From Gammaproteobacteria bacterium (lineage in GTDB: Bacteria; Pseudomonadota; Gammaproteobacteria; Steroidobacterales; Rariloculaceae), in NCBI GenBank assembly GCA_022826245.1, contig JAJDVG010000032.1, forward strand, positions 4,228 to 68,227: a stretch of 64,000 nt of DNA. The letters run 5' to 3'. How positions within the stretch are numbered: position 1 is the stretch's first letter; every line of letters starts with the position of its first letter. The notes under the pieces were generated by a model that did not search any database, was not told where the DNA came from, and was given only the letters and a program-made list of their open reading frames with translations. Positions 30,701 to 36,312 of the stretch are shown here, piece by piece. The position numbers were made by a program, and so were the translations under genes.

Positions 30701-31296
30701 GGCCAATTACCAATAGACTCGAGTCCGCGTTCCCGATCGCGCCCGGTTGGCATGACGGGGAACTGGACGCTCAAGATGTGTCGGTGCCTGACTGGGAACG
30801 GTATTTCCATCATCTGGACGTCCTTTGGCAAGGGCTTTGCGGGCGTTACCCGATTACTGTATCGCCATCGAGCGCTAGTCATGTGTGCCGCGGCGAGCTG
30901 CCCGCTGGCGCAGTGGGGAAAGCTGACGGCGGCTCGAAGAATCCGGTAGCGAACGGAAGGATGCAGTCATTCACCGTAGGTCTTCGCTCCCAAATAGCAG
31001 GGGACGAAATCCTACTGGAGTGTGAAAGCACGATCGGGTTTGTCGATCTGGAGCAGGATGCAGTTGTGGACGCGTTGATGGAGGCGGTCGGCGGTGGCGG
31101 GCTGGTAAAGCTCTGCGTAGAGCCACGCGTGGGCAGGCACCAGGATCGCATCTACGTGCGGCGCGAAATTCTGTTCAACCCCGAAGCCACGCGGTTTGTG
31201 GATGTCGTTGCGATGTTCGAGAACACACTTGCACCCGCTGCCCGCGTGCACGCGGTTCTTGAGAGCATCGAGTTGCTTGGCACGAGTGCGGACTGA
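27733..31296 (+). CDS. cassette gene 3: SF2 / SNF2-like DEAH helicase with large internal insertion and extra C-terminal domain
   Basis: 1187-aa ORF (GTG 27733 or ATG 27736). Motif I ADEVGMGKTYIAL, Ia VVIAPRENI, II LVIFDEAHNL, III LLSATPFED, IV-like KALAFVRRVATVDEL (aa 465-480), V LILITTDVLQEGEDLH (aa 868-883), VI IEQRTGRVDRIGG (aa 901-913). Confidence 0.9.
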   Translation: MMRSITPEFLDELINFAPSRADRQQAFWDQQRDGTVAAFNMLARNGCAYLADEVGMGKTYIALGVVSLLRYLDPQARIVVIAPRENIQRKWVKELHNFVGRNWLVVGNRVKSLQNRPVWEPVVCNSLVEFAHEALVNQDRDFFLRMTSFSIRLSDAKDRHRTRTLLLDSVPWLDQCEIPNETREGFRDAFAVALNGAVPEADLVIFDEAHNLKHGFRADGSTRNRVMGLAFGHPEGDAFGRPRYKKKAKRVMLLSATPFEDDYAAIQRQLAVFGFGDALLEGANGEAGVSVAALADPEIAEDEKRRVAQRVLIRRVSGLNIAGSLHTKNMYRREWRRGGLEQHDEPIEIVDPKHRLVVALMQKKVAEVLQTERFNNHFQIGMLSSFESFLQSVETVRRREDDEPAFDGHEQRRHLSSDREREGIDTVAIAEIVRSYQEVFGTSLPHPKLDTTAHGLAEAFNTGEKALAFVRRVATVDELAAKLEHSFDTWIRARMEARLPSLRNEIDALFRQYASERQRRPDDIEAPLEDTDLSSERERMDRRDDLEEDDEGGAESFFAWFFRGKGPSGVLSGAAFQKHRLSSTSSAYATLFEDNYVASLLGVGAGEVVESLRRAIGEPPRTFGKRLRGLAYGFFRERSRQREGYPRLYVFEGYQVAGLVLLRERGGKIGKRAGTILVERFSDTRHVATEPPAGFPGPEAGLNLETVFTELRCRPALRKLLWPKPPDHEDFRTAFRRREQRRELLSTMARLGAAYVDFYLLAIEQAGSFSVGQRMATESAPDLARNFVELLEKQRGEAEFHAFHELSQAAAAFDYIVAVNFPEVPSRPLPELARYYAATLQKQVPVGRMSGGVNQRLVRQFRMPGFPLILITTDVLQEGEDLHTFCRRVVHYGIAWTPSAIEQRTGRVDRIGGLVQRRLDGSSTPPDDEELIQVYYPHLRDTVELLQVRRVLRRLNRFMHLIHLGSSTVGADEHGVDASRAWLDELEDPRPITNRLESAFPIAPGWHDGELDAQDVSVPDWERYFHHLDVLWQGLCGRYPITVSPSSASHVCRGELPAGAVGKADGGSKNPVANGRMQSFTVGLRSQIAGDEILLECESTIGFVDLEQDAVVDALMEAVGGGGLVKLCVEPRVGRHQDRIYVRREILFNPEATRFVDVVAMFENTLAPAARVHAVLESIELLGTSAD

Positions 31297-31691
31297 TGAA
31301 GCGTCTGTGTTGCTGGATTGACGAACTCATCGCCGACGAGAGCCTGCCATGGAAACGAAATGGCGATGAAGTGCAAATTGTGCTATCGCGTACTCTCCGC
31401 TCGCAGACGGTGCAAATCGCGCGGCATAAAGAGCGCTATGTATTGTCCTCAGTCATTGCCCACATGAGCGCGGTCAACGAAAATCGACGGTCACTCGCGT
31501 TTCGTTTATGGCGACGAAATTCCTTAAAGGCAGTGGTGACGTTCGTCATCGATCAACAGGAGAGGGTGATCGGTCTGATCGATCTGCCGACGGAGAGTGC
31601 GCGTCGGGACGAACTCAAGTTCTACCTGGAGTCGCTGGCTCGAGAGTGCGACCGGCTCGAGTACATTCTGACGGGAACGGATAATCGGTGA
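31296..31691 (+). CDS. cassette gene 4: small 131-aa protein, possibly YbjN / T3SS-chaperone-like fold
   Basis: ATG 31296 overlaps the gene 3 TGA by 1 nt (TGATG). The alternating strand/helix pattern ending ..ELKFYLESLARECDRLEYILTG resembles YbjN-type domains. This is a visual impression only. Confidence 0.7.
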   Translation: MKRLCCWIDELIADESLPWKRNGDEVQIVLSRTLRSQTVQIARHKERYVLSSVIAHMSAVNENRRSLAFRLWRRNSLKAVVTFVIDQQERVIGLIDLPTESARRDELKFYLESLARECDRLEYILTGTDNR

Positions 31692-31966
31692 GGCGCGCCG
31701 GTGCGTTCGGGCGTACCGAAGACTCTATCTCCCGAAGTTACGAAGTGATGGCAAACGCCACTGGCAATCCGGCTGAACGGTACCAACGCGACGACCACGT
31801 AGACCACCCTCCGACTACGTGTTTTCGATGGGTTGGGTCTCAACCCCGACGTCGGCCTGGCCGATGTATGCGTAAGCTTCCCCGTCAATGAGACAGCTCT
31901 AAATTAGAGTTTCTGGCGGTCTCGATTTGTCGTCTGAACATGGCCGAGGGTATCCGTCCCAGGCTC

Positions 31967-32392
31967 TCATGCTTCCGTCATCGGTAGCGTCCACAAAGTC
32001 ATCTTCGCGTCCGCCGAGATTTCGAGAACGTGATTGACCATGACGTCCATTGGCTCGCCGTGTTCGGACAGGAAATCGATCGCGGCACGCAGGAGGGTCT
32101 CCGAACGGGCTCGACCGACGCACGGCATGATCACGAGACCGGGATGGATGTTCTGCGCAGCGACGAGGGCGCGGAAATCGCGCGCGTTCTGCGTTACTAG
32201 GACGAAGTTCCGCGCTACGCATCGGGCCAGGACCTCGTGGTCAGGCGCACCCAATCCACCGAAATCTCGCGGATGTGCGGCGAAGTGAACGCCCTCGGCG
32301 TTCAGCGCTTTAGCGATCCTCGGAGACAGGCACTCATCGAGGAACAGGCGCACCGACTTGCCGCGAGCGCTGCTCAGGCCGGCTTGCGCCAC
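31967..32392 (-). CDS. DUF5615-like PIN/Mut7-C-type toxin candidate
   Basis: 141-aa ORF. RLFLDECLSPRIAKALNAEG...PDHEVLARCVARNFVLVTQNARDF is typical of DUF5615 partners of DUF433. Start is ATG 32392 (19-nt overlap with the upstream gene) or GTG 32353. Confidence 0.7.
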   Translation of the reverse strand: MAQAGLSSARGKSVRLFLDECLSPRIAKALNAEGVHFAAHPRDFGGLGAPDHEVLARCVARNFVLVTQNARDFRALVAAQNIHPGLVIMPCVGRARSETLLRAAIDFLSEHGEPMDVMVNHVLEISADAKMTLWTLPMTEA

Positions 32393-32964
32393 GGCTTGCC
32401 TGACGGGCGTCCCCGGAGAGGGTGGGCCCTGGCGTAAAGTTCGGCGGCTTCGAACGCCTCGCGTGGGACGTCGGGATAGTCGTGCATGAGATCGTCGACG
32501 GTGTCCCCGTCCCGCAGTCTCCCCAGGACGGCGTGAACCGTTATACGTGTTCCGGCGATGACCGGCGTGCCGCCCAGGATGTCCGCATCCGTTGCGATGT
32601 ACAAATCGCGCGCTTTCCGGTATCGCTCGGCGTCGCGGAGCGAGTCTGCCGCCAGGCGCTCAAGGTCGAGCATTGCGCCGGGCGTAAATTCGATGGTCCT
32701 GAGTTTCATGGGTTCGAGTCGGGTCATGCGTTTCCAGATCGAGCGCTTGTGGCGGAGCGGAAGGTCGGTGAGCCCGGCTGCCTTGAGGGCGTGGAAGTAC
32801 GCGACAGCCCGGAGGGGCAGATAACGCATCGGAGCGCCACGAAAGCGGGCGGGACCCGCAATCGGTCTCAGGACGCGGCCTTCCACGGCTTTTTCGATCA
32901 TGGCCCGGGGCACGCCAGACAGGGTGGCGGTTTCGCGAATGGTCAAATCGGCTGTGATGGGCAT
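32374..32964 (-). CDS. DUF433-domain antitoxin candidate with N-terminal HTH extension
   Basis: 196-aa ORF. C-terminus ILGGTPVIAGTRITVHAVLGRLRDGDTVDDLMHDYPDVPREAFEAAELYARAHP (DUF433-like). N-terminus LTIRETATLSGVPRAMIEKAV looks like an HTH. Confidence 0.7.
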   Translation of the reverse strand: MPITADLTIRETATLSGVPRAMIEKAVEGRVLRPIAGPARFRGAPMRYLPLRAVAYFHALKAAGLTDLPLRHKRSIWKRMTRLEPMKLRTIEFTPGAMLDLERLAADSLRDAERYRKARDLYIATDADILGGTPVIAGTRITVHAVLGRLRDGDTVDDLMHDYPDVPREAFEAAELYARAHPLRGRPSGKPWRKPA

Positions 32965-33154
32965 AATTCATTCCTCTATGGGAACGAATATAAGGTGGGA
33001 TGTTCCAGGCCGCAAGAGGGGGGACGGAGTGGCGCTTCCGTTGTGGACGGCGGTCAAGTCAACCCTTCTCCGATTTCGTATCGTGCCGGGGGCTGCCGAA
33101 CCGCCCCGTCCATCGACCGTGCAGCGCCGGCGCTTCGCTGTCACCGGGAGCACT

Positions 33155-33637
33155 TCAAAAAATCCCCGCCTCCAGACCAGCCGCCATCGCCGCGCCGATC
33201 TCGGCGACCCGGTCGACGAAGTCCTCGTCCCACTCGCCGCGGCAGATCACCGGCGCCTGCACTGCCCGCCAGCGCAGGCCGCTGACAATGGTTTCGACGC
33301 CCCGGCGTGCGCCCGTCCCGTCGTTCCCCGCGCGGATGTAGAGGCAGTAGGGCAATCCCTGGGTGTGTTCCAGGCACGGGTAATAGCAACGGTCGAAGAA
33401 ATCCTTCAGCGCACCGCTCATGTAGCCGAGGTTCTCCGTCGTCCCCAGAATTACGGCATCGGCCGCCAGGACATGCGCCGGCCGGGTCTCGAACGGGTTC
33501 AGGACGACGACCCGGACGTTATCGCCCTCGATCGCGGCTCGTGCCGCCGCAGCCGCCGCATCACGCAGCCGTCGCGTGTTTTTCGACGGCACATGGCCGA
33601 CGATCAGAAGCTGTCTGGCGCGGTCGTCGCCGGTCAT
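33155..33637 (-). CDS. flavodoxin-like / NAD(P)H-dependent FMN reductase family protein
   Basis: ORF 33155..33673 trimmed to ATG 33637. LLIVGHVPSKNTRRL, AADAVILGTTENLGYMSGALKDFFDR. Confidence 0.65.
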   Translation of the reverse strand: MTGDDRARQLLIVGHVPSKNTRRLRDAAAAAARAAIEGDNVRVVVLNPFETRPAHVLAADAVILGTTENLGYMSGALKDFFDRCYYPCLEHTQGLPYCLYIRAGNDGTGARRGVETIVSGLRWRAVQAPVICRGEWDEDFVDRVAEIGAAMAAGLEAGIF

Positions 33638-33750
33638 GGAGCCGGATCGGGGTCGGGGGGGCAACGCCAGCATGCCGCAAAGAATACCGCCTGCGGTACC
33701 CTACCGTCCCGGTGGCTGTCGAGCGGACATCCGGACAGCCGAACGCGCGG

Positions 33751-35049
33751 GTGACGGTCGTGGCGGAAGAAACGCAGTTTGTACTGAGCAGCCTCTCGCT
33801 TCTGCTGTGGGGCGTGCTCGTCATGTGGATGTGCGCCGGGTTCACGATGCTGGAGGCCGGCTCCGTGCGGACGAAGAATGCGTCCGTCGTCTGTCTCAAG
33901 AACATTGGCCTCTACGCCATCGCGGGTATCGCCTTCTACCTGATCGGCTACTCGATCATGTACGTTGGCGTCGAAGAGGCCGGGTGGTTCGGATCGTGGC
34001 GTCCAGGCGTCGGGTCGACGCCTGCCGAGCAGGCCCTGCTGACGGGCGACGTGGCGGCGCACACCACGGTCGAGCAGACCGGACACGCCTCGATGTCGCA
34101 CTGGTTTTTCCAGATGGTCTTCGTGGCGTCGACGGCGTCGATCGTGTCCGGCACCCTCGCCGAACGCGTGCGACTCGGGGCGTTTTTCCTGTTCGTCGCC
34201 GTGCTGACCACGTTTATCTACCCGCTTGTCGGGGCCTGGACCTGGGGCGGCGGGTGGCTCGGCGCATTGGGCTTCAGGGACTTTGCGGGTTCGACCGTGG
34301 TGCATTCCACCGGCGGCTGGGCAGCGCTCGCGGGCGCGGTAATCGTCGGCGCGCGCCGAAACAAGTTCCGGAGTGACGGGAGCGTACTCGCCACGCCGCC
34401 GTCCAACGTGCCGGCCGTGACGCTCGGCGTGTTCATCATCTGGTTGGGCTTTCTCGGCTTCAACGGCGGTTCGCAACTGGCCCTGGGTAGCGCTGCCGAT
34501 GCCGTGGCGGTCAGCGTGATCGTGACCAACACGAACCTTGCCGCCGCCACGGGCGTGCTCACCGCGCTGGCCTTGTCGCGGCACGCGCTCGGCCGGGTCG
34601 ACCTGCGCGCCGGATTGAACGGCGCCATCAGCGGACTGGTGGCGATCGCCGCAGGTCCCGACATGGTCGATCACTACTGGGCTTGTGCGATCGGCGCCGT
34701 CGGCGCTGCGGTATGCACTTACGGAATGCGGCTTCTGGAACGGTTGAAGATCGACGACGAGGTCGGCGCGATCCCGGCGCACCTCGGTGGCGGCCTATGG
34801 GGCACGGTTGCCGTGTGCATCGCCGCGGGCGGCAACCTGGCCGTGCAGATTCTTGGGATCGCCGCCATTGCCGTATTCGCGTTCTCAACCTCTTTCGCTG
34901 TGTGGTGGCTCATCGACAAGGTAATGGGGGCGCGTATCTCGCCCCGGGTCGAGGAACTCGGTCAGGATGCGACGGAGCTCGGCATCGTGTCGTTTCCCGA
35001 GTTCGTGTTGGCCAGGCCGCCCGAATCGCAAGGGGATGGCGCACCGTAA
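33751..35049 (+). CDS. amt: ammonium transporter (Amt family)
   Basis: C-terminal roughly 432 codons of ORF 33307..35049. Start uncertain (GTG 33751 or 33760). CAGFTMLEAGSVRTKN, FRDFAGSTVVHSTGGWAALAGA, multiple TM helices. Confidence 0.85.
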   Translation: MTVVAEETQFVLSSLSLLLWGVLVMWMCAGFTMLEAGSVRTKNASVVCLKNIGLYAIAGIAFYLIGYSIMYVGVEEAGWFGSWRPGVGSTPAEQALLTGDVAAHTTVEQTGHASMSHWFFQMVFVASTASIVSGTLAERVRLGAFFLFVAVLTTFIYPLVGAWTWGGGWLGALGFRDFAGSTVVHSTGGWAALAGAVIVGARRNKFRSDGSVLATPPSNVPAVTLGVFIIWLGFLGFNGGSQLALGSAADAVAVSVIVTNTNLAAATGVLTALALSRHALGRVDLRAGLNGAISGLVAIAAGPDMVDHYWACAIGAVGAAVCTYGMRLLERLKIDDEVGAIPAHLGGGLWGTVAVCIAAGGNLAVQILGIAAIAVFAFSTSFAVWWLIDKVMGARISPRVEELGQDATELGIVSFPEFVLARPPESQGDGAP

Positions 35050-35231
35050 CCGGACATGTCGTTGTGGACTCCTGCCGGTACTGAGCAGCTTCGCGAATCT
35101 CGGAGACCTTTTGTGTTGAGTTTGAGTGCCCCCAGTCTGCCACGCAGCGTGCGACGTTTCGGTATACTTCAATGCCCGTTCGACAGTGTTTCTCGTACTT
35201 TGGCACCGCACCAAATTCTCTTGGGGGGAAC

Positions 35232-36305
35232 ATGAAGAAACAGATCGCGGCTCTGATACTCCTTGCGGCGGCTCCTCCGGCAATCGCGCAATGGCTGACA
35301 CTGCGTACACCTGATATCCCGCGTACCGCAGACGGTGAACCGGACCTGTCGGCGCCGGCGCCACGAACGCTGGATGGTCTGCCGGACATGTCGGGATTGT
35401 GGGTACCCGTACGGGTCACGGGCGACATACTGGACGCGGAGACGATACAGGACTGGGCGCTCGAACGGATTGCGGAGAACACCGGCAACTTTTTCGGCGA
35501 CGATCCCCGCTTCCATTGTCTCCCGAGCGGGCCGGGCGGCTACCCGGCGGGCAGTTCCGAAGACGGGCTGCGCAGGATCGTCCAGAATCCGGGCGTCATT
35601 GCGGTTCTCAATTCAGACCTCACGTACCGGCAGATATTCATGGATGGTCGCGAGCTCGAGGAGGATCCATACCCCACCTGGACGGGATACTCGGTAGGTC
35701 GCTGGGACGGCGACACACTCGTCGTCGAGAGCAACGGCTACAACGACCAGACCTGGCTGCACCGGGAAGGTTTGCCCCACACCGAGGCGCTGCGCATCAC
35801 GGAACGCTACCGGCGCCCGGACTTCGGCCACCTTGTGGTGGATGTCACTTACGACGATCCCGGTACCTTTCATTCGATGGTGAACGCCACCATCGAAATG
35901 GATTTCAGAGCCGATTCCGAGCTGCTCGAAACCGTGTGCAACGAGAGTTCGAAGGGTCGCAGTCACTGGGGCGGGGAGTTCACCCAGGCCGAGCAGAACG
36001 TCGTCGAGGTTCCCGAGGATGTCCTCGCGCGTTACGTCGGTACCTACCAGGGCGTGTGGCTGGGTCGCTCGACCACGGTCGACGTGACGCTGGAAGACGG
36101 CACGTTGTACCTGGCGCGGACGCCGCCGTATTCGGAAACCGGTTTTACGGAAGCCGGCGAAATGAGGCTCGTCGCACTGTCCTCAAACGCATTCGAGTGC
36201 CCTTGCGGCCTCGGGTTCGTGTTTGAGGGCGACGAAAACGGGATGGCGACCGAGGTTCTGGAAGTTCACGTCTCCGGTGGTTGGACCTTCAATCGAGTGC
36301 CCTGA
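35232..36305 (+). CDS. secreted hypothetical protein (paralogue of the partial gene at 63296)
   Basis: ORF 35172..36305 trimmed to ATG 35232 (MKKQIAALILLAAAPPAIAQ signal). Shares the block C-P-G...I(V/I)Q(N/S)P..(I/V)..L.....RQI(F/Y)MDGR...D..P(T/S)..GYS(V/I)G.WD(G/D).TLV(V/I)E with the 63296 gene. Confidence 0.75.
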   Translation: MKKQIAALILLAAAPPAIAQWLTLRTPDIPRTADGEPDLSAPAPRTLDGLPDMSGLWVPVRVTGDILDAETIQDWALERIAENTGNFFGDDPRFHCLPSGPGGYPAGSSEDGLRRIVQNPGVIAVLNSDLTYRQIFMDGRELEEDPYPTWTGYSVGRWDGDTLVVESNGYNDQTWLHREGLPHTEALRITERYRRPDFGHLVVDVTYDDPGTFHSMVNATIEMDFRADSELLETVCNESSKGRSHWGGEFTQAEQNVVEVPEDVLARYVGTYQGVWLGRSTTVDVTLEDGTLYLARTPPYSETGFTEAGEMRLVALSSNAFECPCGLGFVFEGDENGMATEVLEVHVSGGWTFNRVP

Positions 36306-36312
36306 CCTCTGC

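Larger units (their letters stand above)
22939..32964. mobile_element. tRNA-Lys-associated genomic island (integrase remnant + nuclease/helicase cassette + TA pair); right boundary not defined
   Basis: Starts at the 3' end of tRNA-Lys with an AT-rich junction and an integrase gene, and carries an AT-richer cargo. I found no direct repeat of the tRNA 3' end, so the right end could lie anywhere from about 31.7 to 33.15 kb. Confidence 0.55.

Noticed and set aside
31897-31909. Perfect 6+1+6 palindrome CTCTAAATTAGAG in the AT-rich gap between the cassette and the TA pair, considered as an operator or att core
   Set aside because: It is too short to distinguish from chance, has no second copy in the window, and cannot form a stable hairpin. 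Noted only as a possible junction marker.
31692-33154. Search for a direct repeat of the tRNA-Lys 3' end (attR) to define the right island boundary
   Set aside because: I found no match to GGTTCGATCCCTACACGGCCCACCA, or to a substantial part of it, by eye in 31.7-33.2 kb. The boundary is left undefined rather than guessed.
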